64,000 nt of DNA from NCBI GenBank assembly GCA_963920595.1, contig OY986947.1:1612001-1676000 (forward strand), read 5' to 3'. The notes under the pieces were generated by a model that was given only the letters and a program-made list of their open reading frames with translations, was not told where the DNA came from and did no database searches. Shown here piece by piece: positions 17,637 through 31,132 of the stretch (its first letter is position 1; the number at the start of each line of letters is the position of its first letter). This DNA comes from Eimeria praecox (lineage: Eukaryota). Position numbers and translations under genes: made by a program.

Positions 17637-17730
<94 letters not shown>

Positions 17731-17778
17731 TTAATTAATTAAATCATCATCTAATTAAATAATTTATTAATTAATTAC

Positions 17779-17850
<72 letters not shown>

Positions 17851-18170
17851 ATAACTAACTAACTAACTAAATAAATAAATAATATTTATTTGTTTTAGAG
17901 ACCCAAGGGAAGGCTTCTCGTCTTCAAGATGAGTTTATAAATTTATCTCACGCTGTTGCGTCTTCTTTACAAGAGAAGCTTCAACAACCTGAGGTGTCAC
18001 TACACCATTTAATTACTGATTACAAGGAGAAAATAGATAATATAGCATCACAAATATCTAAATATATAGAAGAAACATACGATAAACAACAAACAAAACA
18101 AACACTAGGAGCAGGATGGAGAGGTATTGGAATTGAACCCCCTTCTGCTGTTACTAAACTCGCCCTATAA
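15730..18170 (+). CDS. Coiled-coil protein, possibly CCDC153/DRC12-like (flagellar), 3 exons (15730-15900, 16503-16734, 17899-18170)
   Basis: MSKKSGKK start, continuous heptad-rich helix ([13 protein letters not shown]...[10 protein letters not shown]...[21 protein letters not shown]); last exon reads in frame to TAA 18170. Family call rests on overall pattern only. Confidence 0.55.
17640..17880. repeat. (TATT)n and (AACT)n intronic microsatellites
   Basis: Direct reading. Confidence 0.9.
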
Positions 18171-19593
18171 ACCCTAAACCCTAAACCCTAAACCCTAAAC
18201 CCTAAACCCTTAGTGAGAGGTCGGAACTGAGAAAACCTCGAACTACAACTCGTATGGCTTCTTGGGCTTAACGTTTACAACGGTGGGACTGTTTGGAGGA
18301 TTGAGGGGTTTTAAACGTTTAGGGCTTAGGGTTTAGGGTTTAGGGTTTAGGGTTTAGGGTTTAGGGTTTAGGGTTTAGGGTTTAGGGTTTAGGGTTTCAT
18401 ACATCCAATGCTGCTGTTGCTGCTGCAACAGGGCATCCTGTTGCTGCCTCTGCTCTGAGGGTTTTCGTAATGTGTAGAGTCAGTTACTACTAGAACAGCA
18501 CAGGGTTAGGGTTTAGGGTTTAGGGTTTAGGGTTTAGGGTTTAGTGTCTGAGGTGTACATACACCCCAAATGCTCGGTTCCTTCGAGCCGGCGAGACAGA
18601 ACCATGAGAGGTTTCTTTCATCAGGGCTTTCTATCGGTGGCCTAGGGTTTAGGGTTTAGGGTTTAGGGTTTAGGGTTTGATTAACAGGTCATAGAAGGCT
18701 GAAGGTTGGGGTTTAGGGTTTAGGGTTTAGGGTTTAGGGTTTAGGGTTTAGGCAGTCAGTCGTCGCCCGCTGTGGTAGATTGGCTGAGGCGACGGGGGTT
18801 TAGGGTTTAGGGTTTAGGGTTTTCAGGTTTCTATTCAGAGTAAACAAATCGATTCTAAGGTTTAAATATAAAATTTAGGGTTTAGGGTTTAGGGTTTAGG
18901 GTTTAGGGTTTACTGCGCGCCAGGCGACCGGCAATGCCATAGGCGCTGGAGAAATTAGGGTTTAGGGTTTAGGGTTTAGGGTTTAGGGTTTGTCTTCTAG
19001 GGTTTAGAGAGCTCCATTCCCAATAAATAAATATATAATATAATTTTTAAATATATAATCTAGGGTTTAGGGTTTAGGGTGGTGTTGACGCTACAAACCC
19101 TAAACCCTAAACCGTCAGGTGTACGGTCACCTCCGCGCTCGTAACCCTGACCGCTAAACCCTAAACCCTAAACCCTAAACCCTAAACCCTAAACCCTAAA
19201 CCCTAAACCCTATACTTTGAAATCATAATTTGATAGGTGTACACATAATTGTCTCTGCTTTTTCTTATCTTTCGCGCCTTCTATTTCTGCGCGGATTCCC
19301 TCTGGCTCTTCTCTCTCTGTCTTTTCATATCTAGGGTTTAGGGTTTAGGGTTTAGGGTTTAGGGTTTAGGGTTTACGCCTGTCTGTCTATCTTCGGTTGT
19401 GTTCCATCTTCATACGCTAACAAACCCTAAACCCTAATCGTATATATCTTTAATTCTTCTTTATTTCATTAGGGTTTAGGGTTTCATATCCTTCTTCTTT
19501 GTCTCCGTTGTCGGTGTGTGTGTGCTAGGCGTCAGCTAGGGTTTAGGGTTTAGGGTTTAGGGTTTAGGGTTTAGGGTTTAGGGTTTTCCTGCC

Positions 19594-19875
19594 ATGATTT
19601 CTTTGCACAGATATTTATTGAGGGGCGGGGGAATCCTCATCCTCCTTTCTCTTCTTTGCAGTGTCAGTGCTGCGCCTGCAACGCCGTCTCACTCCCCGTA
19701 AACCCTAAACCCTAAACCCTAAACCCTAAACCCTAAACCCTAAACCCTAAACCCTCGACCTGGGTCTCTTAAGTGGCTAGCTTCAGCTTGAGTTTTCTCT
19801 ATTTCCGCTTCCAGATTATCGTGTTAAACTTGTGTGTATTTCTTGAACTGCTGCTGCTGCTCTTGTTGTTGCTCT

Positions 19876-19926
<51 letters not shown>

Positions 19927-20120
19927 AGTGACGTCCACGAGGTTGCTTCTCGCGTGTTAGATGGTCTGAGCAAACGCTCTGGCTCTCCCCCTACACCCGA
20001 TGCTGTGTTGAAGCTGCTGCTGCATCTGCAGCAACCGCAGCAGCAGCAGCAGCTGCAGCAAAGAGGAATTGAGGTCAACAGACTTACAGCAGCAATTGCT
20101 GCTCTTGCGTTCAATATCCC

Positions 20121-20154
<34 letters not shown>

Positions 20155-20206
20155 CAAGAGGGAGAGGCGAAGAAGCAACAGCAGCCTCAAAAGCAGCAGC
20201 AGGAGA

Positions 20207-20250
<44 letters not shown>

Positions 20251-20463
20251 GAGGGAGAGAAGGGGGAGCTGCAACGTCTAGCAGCAGCAGCAGCAGCAAA
20301 CCTGATAGAGAAGGGCCTGTCTGCTTCTTTGAGAGAGCAGCAGCTAGAAGCGGCACTTGCTTCAGTACAGCAGCAGCTAGCAGATAAAGGAATAGATAAG
20401 GATAAACTAAAAGAAGAAATAATAAATAAAATAAACAAATACACACAACAGCAGCAGCAGCAA

Positions 20464-20495
<32 letters not shown>

Positions 20496-21107
20496 GGCTG
20501 AGCAGCAGCAGCACTACCGTCAGAAGTATCAGCAGCAGAAACCTGAAGAACAGCAGCAGCAGCAGAAGCAGAAGCAGAAGCAGCAGAAAGCTGAGCCGCA
20601 GGAGCAGCAGCAGCAGCAGCAGAAACCTGAGCCGCAGCAGGAGCAGCAGCAGCAGAAAGAGGAACCGCAGGAGCAGCAGCAGCAGCAGCAGCAACAGCAG
20701 AAAGCTGAGCCGCAGCAGCAGGAGGAGCAGCAGCAGCAGAAAGCTGAGCCGCAGGAGCAGCCGCAGCAGCAGCAGCAGCAGCAGCAGCAGAAAGCTGAGC
20801 CGCAGGAGCAGCCGCAGCAGCAGCCGCAGCAGCAGCAGCAGAAAGCTGAGCCGCAGCAGCAGCAGCAGCAGCAGAAAGGTGAGCCGCAGCAGCAGCAGGA
20901 CTACAGTCAGAACTACCAGCACTATCTGCCTAAGGAGCAGCAGCAGCAGCAGGAGTACTACCGCAGCAAATATCAGCAGCAGCAGCAGCAGCAGCAGCAG
21001 AAACCTGCAGAACAGCAGGATGAGAAGAAGCAGCAGCAGCAGCAGCAGCAGCAGCAAGAGCAGCAGAGTGAGTCTATACGACGAGCAGAAAGAGCAGCAG
21101 CGGCAGC

Positions 21108-21138
<31 letters not shown>

Positions 21139-21627
21139 GCCACTAGTGCTGCAGAAGCTGCAGCAGCAGTAGCGAAAGCTACTGGTGCTAGACCCGAAAC
21201 TTCTGCTGCTGCTGCTGCAGCAGCAGCAGCAGCAGAGGAGGCCTCTGCTGCAGCAAAAGAAGCAGCAACAACAGCAGCAGATATATTACTTACAGCTACA
21301 CCTTCTTCAACAGCAGCAGCAGCAGCAGCAACAGATACAACAGCAACACAGAAACCAGCAGCAGCAGCAGCAACAGATACAACAGCAACACAGAAACCAA
21401 CAGCAGCAGCAGCAGCAGCAGCAGCAGAAACAACTAAAGAAGCTTCTGAAGATAAAACAACAACAACAGCAGCAGCAGCAGAAGCAGCAGCACCAAAAGA
21501 AGCTGCAGCAGCAGCAGCACAAGACAAAGAAGCAGCAGCAGAAACAGCAGCAGCAGCAGCAGCAGCAGCACAGAGCCCCCCAAGTGCTGCAGCACAGGAA
21601 CCCTCAGCAGCAGAAGCAGCAGCTGGG

Positions 21628-21662
<35 letters not shown>

Positions 21663-22217
21663 GCCAGCAGCAAAAAGCGAAGCAGCTGGAGAGGCAGCAG
21701 CACCAGCAGCAGCAGCAGCACCTGCAGCACCAGCTGCAGCAGCACCAACAACAGCAGCACCAACAGCAGCAGCAGCAGCAGCACCAACACCAGCAGCAGC
21801 ACCAGCAGCAACACCAACACCAGCAGCAGCACCAACAGCAGCACCAACAGCAGCAGCAACACCACCAACAGCAGCAGCAGCACCAACAGCAGCAGCACCA
21901 GCAGCAGCAGCAGCAGCAGGTGGCCGTGATGGTGTCATATCATCATTTGAGTGTCTGCACTTTGGTAAGGATAGCATAGGAGAAGATTTAAATAAATATG
22001 AGGACGGCAGCATCGATTCTATTGCTGCTTGTGCTGCTGCCTGTGCTGCTGCTGCTCGTTGTGGTGTATATACATATAATCTACGACGTAGTTGGTGTTA
22101 TCTAAAGACAACAACAGCAACAAATACATTATTTAAAACACAGAAAACATTTGCTGAGCCCCTGGTATCAGGAGAGAGAAACTGCCAGCCTACACAAAAT
22201 TCAAGAAGAAGAAGGCT

Positions 22218-22277
<60 letters not shown>

Positions 22278-22371
22278 GGAAGAAGATACAATCTACTTCA
22301 ATAACAACTCAGGTATTCTCCCTTCAGATAATGATATTAACATCGAAGGATTCCAGGTCGTAGGGGCCCCT

Positions 22372-22426
<55 letters not shown>

Positions 22427-22531
22427 GCAGGATAATACATGATTTGGATTCTAAAGAAGGAAGCGGTGTGCTTCCCCCTCTGTCTCCCTCCCCACCATCA
22501 GCAGCAAGATCAGCAGCAGCAACAGCAGCAA

Positions 22532-22572
<41 letters not shown>

Positions 22573-22785
22573 GCTTCTTCTAGGGGCCTCCAATACTACG
22601 GGGGCCCCTATGGTATGCCTATGTATGGGTACCCAGGGTACAGAGGGTACTGGGGTATGGGGCCCCTCCAACGTCTTCATCAATTAGTAGATCATCCTTT
22701 AAAAACAGTTGGGGGGTTAGTAGCAGAAGATTTGTTAGGGGTTAGTCCTGCTCCTTATATTGGTAGCAGCAACAATCCTGCTGCT

Positions 22786-22817
<32 letters not shown>

Positions 22818-22959
22818 AGATAGATTTGCTCAAACACCAAGAGCACTCAAACAGCAACAGGATGTGGGGTTTCTAGAAAAAAAAATTAAAGAAAATCAAC
22901 ACAAAATAAATAAAGATTGTATACTAGGGGACTGTCAAACCCTAAACCCTAAACCCTAA
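19594..22959 (+). CDS. Secreted PAN/Apple-domain protein with long Gln/Ala/Pro-Thr repeats, 2 exons (19594-19697, 19929-22959)
   Basis: Exon 1 encodes a signal peptide MISLHRYLLRGGGILILLSLLCSVSA; phase-2 CC|GTAAAC ... TGCAG|T junction; PAN/Apple Cys pattern CLHFGKDSIGEDL...ACAAACAAAARCGVYTYN...CYLK...VSGERNC at about 21950-22185. Confidence 0.85.
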
Positions 22960-23669
22960 ACCCTAAACCCTAAACCCTAAACCCTAAACCCTAAATTAGG
23001 GTTTGGAAAGGTCATTGTTTATCCGTATAAACAATCTACTATAATATCAAAAACCCTAAACATATTAAACAAGAAGAAATACCTTATTCAAAAAAAACCC
23101 TAAACCCTAAACCCTAAACCCTAAACCCTAAACCCTAGCAACACGAAATGCTGAACCTAAAATGCTAGGCTTCAGCTGGGGTAGACAACAACCAACAAAA
23201 ACCCTAAACCCTAAACCCTAAGCCCCAAACCCTAAACCCTAATTTAGGGCCCCTGAATCTCTTTGGCTTTTCCTTCACAACCCACCAAACCTCCGCTTTG
23301 TACTTTGACTACATCATCTGCTAGGGTTTAGGGTTTAGGGTTTAGGGTTTAGGGTTTAGGGTTTAGGGTTTAGGGCTGGGAGCTGCTTGGTGGGATACAG
23401 CTGTGCTTCTCGCCTTCTTCTAAAACTTAAAAACCCTAAACCCTAAACCCTAAACCCTAAACCCTAGATACAAAACCCTAAACCCTCCTTGGCAGCTTCA
23501 AGGCTTTAGAGTTTGTTAGTTGCAGCGAGGCTCAGTAGAATGCTGTTATAGAAAACCCTAAACCCTAAACCCTAAACCCTAAACCCTAGACCCTCATCTT
23601 TCAAATAACGAGGGTTTAGGGTTTAGGGTTGCTTTGTATTAGCCCTCCTATAAGCAACGAAACTGTAAA

Positions 23670-23733
<64 letters not shown>

Positions 23734-24340
23734 GGAACATTAACTACAGTATCTGCATCCTGAGCGGCTTGCAAGCCAAACCCTAAACCCTAAACCCTAA
23801 ACCCTAAACCCTAAACCCTAGATTTTGTTTAACGGTGAAGAGCTAGTGGGGGTTTAGGGTTTGTGTGTTAGTTATTTTACTTTTATTCTACCCTAAGTTT
23901 TGGTTTTCTGTCTCTTTCTGTCTTTCTCTTCATTTATTTATTTATTTTTATTTATATTATTTGTTGCTTCATTCCCCCCCCAAAACCCTAAACCCTAAAC
24001 CCTAATCCCTAAACCCTAAACCCTAAACCCTAGAGTGACTGGATATGATATTGAAGCGGATCTGCATTTGCATGCATGCAAGTTTGGGGCTGCAGCGAAA
24101 AGAAGAAAAGTGTGGGGTTTCGAGGCCCTTTAAGGGCCCCGGATACATTGACTAGGGTTTAGGGTTTAGGGTTTAGGGTTTAGGGTTTCTGCTGACGTTG
24201 TAAGAATAAGAAAACCCTAAACCCTAAACCCTAAACAAAAAACAAAAGCTAACACCTTAGCACATAAAACAGGGGGAATAAAACCCCCTCCATCACTAAA
24301 AATCCAACAAAACCCTAAATTAGGGTTTAGGGTTTAGGGT

Positions 24341-25184
24341 TTAGGGTTTAGGGTTTTCATACAGAAGACCCGCTAAATTAACAAAAACCCTAATCTTTCC
24401 TGTGTAGCTGCCTGCAACCACAACTAAGTTTGCAGCATCCGACCTAAACAACAAAACACAAACCCTAAACCCTAAACCCTAAACCCTAAACCCTAGGACC
24501 AAACCTCCCTTAGGACCCTAAACACCCCCCACATGGAAAACCCTAAACCCTAAACCCTAAACCCTAAACCCTAAACCCTAAACCCTAAACCCTATATCCA
24601 AACGGTGGAAGTAGGCGGTTTTTGACGTCCTTCTGCAGATTCCTAAACCCTAAACCCTAAACCCTATCCCCCTAAACCCTATCCCCCTAAACCCTATCCC
24701 CCTAAACCCTATCCCCCTAAACCCTATCCCCCTAAACCCTATCCCCCTAAACCCTATCCCCCTAAACCCTATCCCCCTAAACCCTATCCCCCTAAACCCT
24801 AATCTTACTGTTGTTTACAGAGATCATAAGAGCTTAGAGGTAGTCCTAGGTGTATTCTTCTTCCTCCTCTCCAGCAAAAGGGCCTATCTTCTTGAAGGGG
24901 GTTTAAACCCCCTTTATCTTTCAAACAATCAGAGACAGACAGAGCAGCTAACGATGCTGCACACAAATCGCTGTCATCACTATCTATATAACCATCACCA
25001 CCACCAGCAGCAGCAGCAGCAGCAGCAGCACCAGCAGCAGCAGCAGTAGTAGTAACAGGGGTAGTAGAAGCAGGAGCAGGAGCTGATGCTGCTGCTGCTG
25101 CTGTTGCTTCTGCTGCTGCTGCTGCTGCTGCTGCGGGAGGAGACTCCGTGTTGCTACACACGGCCGACGCTGCGGTAGTTGCTC

Positions 25185-25215
<31 letters not shown>

Positions 25216-25421
25216 TGTACCAGCAGCAGCAGCAGCAGCAGCAGGAGCAGCAGCAGCAGCAGCAGCAAGAGGAGGAGAAGCTTTGATTTGGGTTTTAGAT
25301 TTTCTAATTGACAGTAATGTTTTAAATTTGTTTGTTTTTCTACTTGAAGATATTGAAGACATACTCAAAGATGGGCTGCTGCAAATGCTGCTAATACCTG
25401 AGCGATATATCGTACCCTCCC

Positions 25422-25485
<64 letters not shown>

Positions 25486-28400
25486 GTGTTGGGGTTGGGG
25501 TTGCTGGGGTTGAAGAGGCCGAGGGGGGCCCTTGCGTAGGTTTAAATGCTGAGACTTTGTTTGTAAATGTGTTTTTGAGGGGAGAGGATGCACAGACAAA
25601 TACGATAAAAGAGAAGTAGCAAATGCGGGAGGAGCAGCAACAGCAAATGTTAACAACTCATCAAATGCTGAACACACAAACCCTAAACCCTAAACCCTAA
25701 ACCCTAAACCCTAAACCCTAAACCCTAGAAGGAGAGAGTGTTATACATACACCCCCAAATCTAAGGCCATATCACAAAAACATTCAAGGCCATACAAGAG
25801 TTTTGCGCCACATAGTACCTAAACCCTAAACCCTAGACCCTAAACCCTAAACCCCTAAACCCTAAACCCTAAACCCTTGGTTTACCCTTAAACTCTTCTG
25901 GAGAATTGTTGGTAACGCGCTTCCAGTGCTGCAACCGCGTCCTGCAGCAAGTCGCAAACCCTAGTAAACCCTAAACCCTAAACCCTAAACCCTAAGCCCT
26001 AAACCCTAGATGCAGGGGCCCTGTGAGCCCGCCAGGCCAGTCAAAGCGCTAGGGTTTAGGGTTTGCAGCATAAGAAGGCGAAGACAAACCAAAAGAAGAG
26101 AAGCGCCAGGACAGCAAGGAATACAAACTCGAAACCCTAAACCCTAAACCCTAAACAAACCCTAAACCCTAAACCCTAAACCCTAAACCCTAGAAAGAGA
26201 CAGGCTGATGTTTATATTCACCTGTTATAATCAATTACTTCTCCTGCAGGGCCTCCAACCTTCCAGAAACAAACCCTACCCATCTCACTCCCGCAAACCA
26301 CCCCCAACCCGTTAGACCTGTACATACACCCAAACCCTAAACCCTAAACCCTAAACCCTAAACCCTAAGCCCTAAACCCTAAATTGCTAACAAGGAACCC
26401 TCTTTGTACACACAGACCTCAGGCCGCAGCATCTAGCATCCCCAGTAAACCCTAAACCCTAAACCCTAAACCCTAAACCCTAAACCCTAAACAACGAATT
26501 CTTACGTGTAGCTCGCCTTCAGCATTATTTGTGAGTTTACGTGGCCCTTGAATTTGTAGACGCAAGTCAGGCTCTGTGGGAACACGCAACCCTAAACCCT
26601 AAACCCTAAACCCTAAACCCTAAACCCTAAAACCCGAATTCTAAAGGCGGGTCTTCCGTATGACAATGGAGGGAGGATGAAAAGACAAGCAGGGTTTACA
26701 CGACGCTTAGGGTTTACAATAATGCGGCTTAGGGTTTAGAGGAGGGTTCAGGGTCTACATGAGGGTTTAGGGTTTAGATCAGGGTTTAGGGTTTGGAGGG
26801 GGTTGGCTTAGGGTTTAGAGGAAACGTTAGCGTTTAAAGGAGGGTTTAGGGTTTAGAAGAGGGTTTAGGGTTTAGAAGAGGGTTTAGGGTTTAGAGGAGG
26901 GTTTAGGGTTTAGAGGAGGGTTAGGGTTTAGGGTTTAGAGGAGGGTTTAGGGTTTAGGGTTTAGGGTTTACAGAGACATCGAAGATGCGGATGCGGGAGT
27001 CATTGGTGGCAACAAGCAAAGAAGTTCCGTCTGGGAGCCACTCCAAACTAGTCACCTGAACAAACCCTAAACCCTAAACCCTAAACCCTAAACCCTAAAC
27101 CCTAAACCATAAACCATAAACCCTAAATCCTAAACCCTAAATCCTAAAGCACTCTCAACAAGACACCTGCACAAACCCTAAGTCCTAAATTATAATCGCG
27201 TTTCCTTATACCCTTGACGCTACACACCAAACCCTAAACCCCTAACGCTAAGCCCAACCCTAAACCCTAAACCCTAAACCCTAAACCCTAAACCCTAAAC
27301 CCTAAACCCTAAACCCTAGTTTGTTACCTTCCTCCCCTTTGCAAATTTCCCCTTCCGGTTTTTGCAATCAACTTCCGAACAAAACTTCAGTGTCTGCACG
27401 CAAACCCTAAACCCTAAACCCTAAACCCTAAACCCTAAACCCTAGGCGATAAGCCCTTAACCCTACCTAAACCATAGGCCCTAAACCCTAAACCCTAGAC
27501 TCACCCTCGCGTCATAGAAGGAAATGCTGCCGTTGCGAAACCCTACAGCCAAAATGCCGCCGCTGAGCACACACTCAAACCCTAAACCCTAAACCCTAAA
27601 CCCTAAACCCTAGACCCTAAACCCTAAACCCTAGTCTTTATTTCCTGAGTGTTTCCCTCGAGTGCACTCCGCCATTTTGACTGCGGCCTCCCAAACCCCA
27701 AACCCTAAACCCTAAACCCTAAACCCTAAACCCTAAACCCTTACTTTGGGGAGATGGATAGGGCCGTCACTAGCTCAGGCACTTTCAGATATTCAACAAT
27801 ACGAGACTCGAACTGCTCAGGGGCCCCCCGGGGGCCCCCGGGGGCCCTCGTTGATAGAAGCCGCCAGACCTGGATGGTGGCGTCTAGACACCCCGTGAAT
27901 ATGACATCCTGAGCAGACAAACCCTAAACCCTAAACCCTAAACCCTAAACCCTAAACCCTAAACCCTAGACCCTAAACCCTAAGGGTTTAATCCCCAAAT
28001 CCGAAGGCAAATGGTTTCTACGGCACGACTTTAACGGGTTCCCTGTAAACTATCTTTGTGCAACTTGTTCTAGGGTTTAGGGTTTAGGGTTTAGGGTTTA
28101 GGGTTTAGGGTTTGATACTTTGAATATGGGATGAAAGGATGCAGATGTTGGCCAGTCTGTACACCTGAGAACAGCAATAGCCTGGGGGCCCTTTGATGGC
28201 CTCCATAATCGTATTGTTTTATCCAAAGAAGCTGAGAGCAGCAACGACATTTTCAATGTGGGGGCCCAGCACAGTAATATAATTGAAGCCCCATGGCCTG
28301 TCAGACACAAGTCAGGTCGTTCTCTTAAAAACCAATAACCCCCCCCTCCTCCCCCTCCATCATCATCATCACCACAGGGGCCCCCTCCTGTTTCTCTCCT

Positions 28401-29467
28401 GCTTATGGGGGGCCCCCCTCCTCCTCCTCGGGCCCCTCCTTCTCTGCGGGAAGAAGAGGGGGGGGCCCCGAGGCCCCCATCACCAGCAGGCGCAGATAGA
28501 ACTGGGGGGGGGCCCCCCTCCTTTGAAAAACGATGTGAATATCGCGAAGGGGGGGCCCCAGGGGGCCCCCCAGGGGGCCCCCCAGGGGGCCCCCCAGGGG
28601 GCCCCTTCGAGGGCCCCGGGGGGGCCCTAGGACTAGGAACAGACCATAGAAATACAACACCTGTCTGTCCTGCTGCTGCTAACCATTCGCCTTTGGGGGA
28701 TATCGTAGCTGACCACAGAGCAGCACTGTCACCTATACACAAACCCTAAACCCTAAACCCTAAACCCTAAACCCTAAACCCTAAACCCTAAATCCGAAAG
28801 GAATTGAACCCAACCCCTGCATACTACATCTCCATCTGCACATCACGGGAGAAAAAAAAGAGAAACAGACTCGCAACTAAAACCCTAAACCCTAAACCCT
28901 AAACCCTAAACCCTAAACCCTACCAGTTTCAACTTCTCGCACACACCAAACGGGGGATAGTGCCTGGCCATTCTTGGAGCTGCGGCCTCTGACAGTTACA
29001 GGGTAAACGCCTCTCTGCAGACAGCAAGGGTTTATTTATTTAGGGTTTAGGGTTTGAAGGAGGCGGAAGAGCGAAGCCGACTGTTCACGCGAGGTCTAAC
29101 AATTAGGGTTTAGGGTTTAGGGTTTAGGGTTTAGGGTTTCTTACCACGTTGGCGCGTTCAGACCCCAACAAACTTTTGCTCTGCGTTGCCCTGTAAAACA
29201 AACAGCAGCTCTACATTCAACATTAAGTGCAGCAGCAGCAACTGCAGCAGCAGCAGCAAGTGCAGCAGCAGCAAGTACAGCAGCAGCAGCAAGTGCAGCA
29301 GCAGCAAGTGCTGCTGCTGCTGCTACAGCAGCAAGTGCAGCAGCAGCAGAATTATCCACAAGGCAGCAAAAGCATCAACGCAGCAGCAACCAAAACAACA
29401 CAGGCAACAGCAACAACCATCAGCAGCAGCAGCACCAGCAGCAGCAACAGCAGCAGCACCAGCAGCA

Positions 29468-29502
<35 letters not shown>

Positions 29503-29962
29503 CGAGCTTATGGAGGTGGAGGAGCGTTCAACAGGCAGGCGGCTGCTGAGGGAGCCCAAGGAACCCCCAGATTTTTTGAAGATGCCCCGACCCCACTCTG
29601 CAGCACCAGCATCAACCAAACCCTAAACCCTAAACCCTAAACCCTAGAAATTTGGATAGATCTACCTCCATGCAAGCACGAAGTGCAGCAGCAGCAGCAG
29701 CACAGCAGCAGCAGCAGGATGCCTCTGTCTCAAGGTTTTGTCTCCGTCGCATGCATCCTTTAGGCATTATATGCACTTTTAGGGTTTAGGGTTTAGGGTT
29801 TAGGGTTTGGGGTTTAGGGTCTAGCAACAGACTCGCTGCAGGGGACTTTGGCATTGCTAGGGGCCCCGCAGAAGGCGACTTTGGGGGCCCCTGAAGATCA
29901 TCTGGGGCCCCCTCTTTAGCAGCAGGTTCTGTACGAGGCGTGCTGCACGAAGAAGCCATGTC

Positions 29963-30005
<43 letters not shown>

Positions 30006-31132
30006 CTCGCTGCTCCCCCTTGTGAGCCTGCTGCTGCTGCTCCCGCTCCTGCTGCTGCTGCTGCTGCTGCAGTGTTTGCTGTAGTATCTGCTGCAGGATC
30101 TGCTGCTGCGGTGTCTGCTGCTTCTGCTGCAGCAGCAACTTGCTGCTGCTGAATCGTATAAGCTGCAAGAAATTCTGTCTGTATATCAGCAGCAGTTTCA
30201 GAGGGGCCCCCTGCACGAGAGGAGGGCCCCCCCCCCTCCATCTCGTTGGGCCCCTCCCGTGGCAGTACGTTACCCTCACTATGTATAGGGGCCCCCGACT
30301 CCTTCATCCCTTCAGGGAGCCCCCCTGAGGGGCCCCCAGAGGGGCCCCCAGAGGGGCCCCCAAGGGCCCCCTCTTCAGAAGTTGGGGTATCTGGGGCCTG
30401 TACCCTGTCATGGGGCCCCAGGGGCCCCCGGGGGGTCGGCATACAACTGTCTGTTCCTTTATCTGAAGGAGCAGCACTTGATATTCTATCAGTAGAGAGT
30501 GAAGCTGCTGATTGAGAGGCGCTATCGGGGGGCCCCCTAGGGGACCGGCGGGGTCTGGGGGCCCTAGGGGCCCCCCCCAGCAACAGAGGGTCCCCCAATC
30601 CTAAGCGAGAAGACCTGTTGCTGCTGCTGCTGCTGCCTAGAAACATGCTGCCTCTCAGATCTCGGAAGGCCGCAGCAACAGAAGCAGATACTTCTGCTTG
30701 CCAGTCTTCATTAACAGGGGGGGCCCCTAAGTTGCTGAGGGCCCCTGGGGGGCCCCTGGGGGCCCCCCCATCCACTGATGACTGGAGCAGCAGCAGCGGC
30801 AGCTCATATCCTTCTGTCTGTACACGCCCAGCAGCAGGAGGCCCCGATGGGGGGCCCCCTGCTGCTGTACCCTGCTGCCTCATGATGCCCTTGGGGGCCC
30901 CTTGCGGGGCCTCGCATACATTTGAAGCTGCATTGCTGAAGCGCTGCTCTAAAGGTATGACCCCGCGTGCTGCTGCTGCTGCTGCTGGGGCTGATGCTGC
31001 TGCTGCTGGAGCTGCTGCTGATGCTGCTGGAGCTTCTTCTTCTGCTGCTGCTGCTGCAGCTGGAAGGGGAGAAGCAGAACTTGAAGGGGGGCCCTCGTCA
31101 GGGGGCCCCTCAGGAGGGCAGCGCGAATTCAT
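24341..31132 (-). CDS. WD40-repeat protein, WDR44-like; about 14 exons (31132-~29830, 29597-~29503, 29190-29145, 29014-28924, 28732-28119, 27908-27745, 27562-27505, 27393-27328, 27055-26972, 26573-26506, 26317-26222, 25941-25886, 25667-24809, 24443-24341)
   Basis: Spliced translation gives LWSATISPKGEWLAAAGQTGVVFLW, TGHGASIILLCW, LLSASLDKTIRLW, FHPIFKDVIFTGCLDATIQVW, KVTSLEW...LLVATNDSRIRIFD, YKFKGHVNSQIMLKAS, LVVVAGSYTGKIRVFVN, typical of WDR44/Rab11-binding family; phases consistent from exon 2 onward; first donor and start codon less certain. Confidence 0.85.
24655..24800. repeat. 15-bp minisatellite (CCCTAAACCCTATCC)n derived from the telomere-like heptamer, about 9 copies
   Basis: Direct reading inside the last WDR44 intron. 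Confidence 0.9.

Noticed and set aside
18170..19590. Alternating repeat arrays and short unique segments resembling a CRISPR array (also 22960-24340)
   Set aside because: Repeats are variable-length telomere heptamer runs in both orientations, spacers are irregular, the genome is eukaryotic and no cas genes are present.
24594..24633. Alternative WDR44 terminal exon (GRQKPPTSTVWI*)
   Set aside because: Exon 24443-24341 restores the conserved LVVVAGSYTGKIRVF strand and is preferred.
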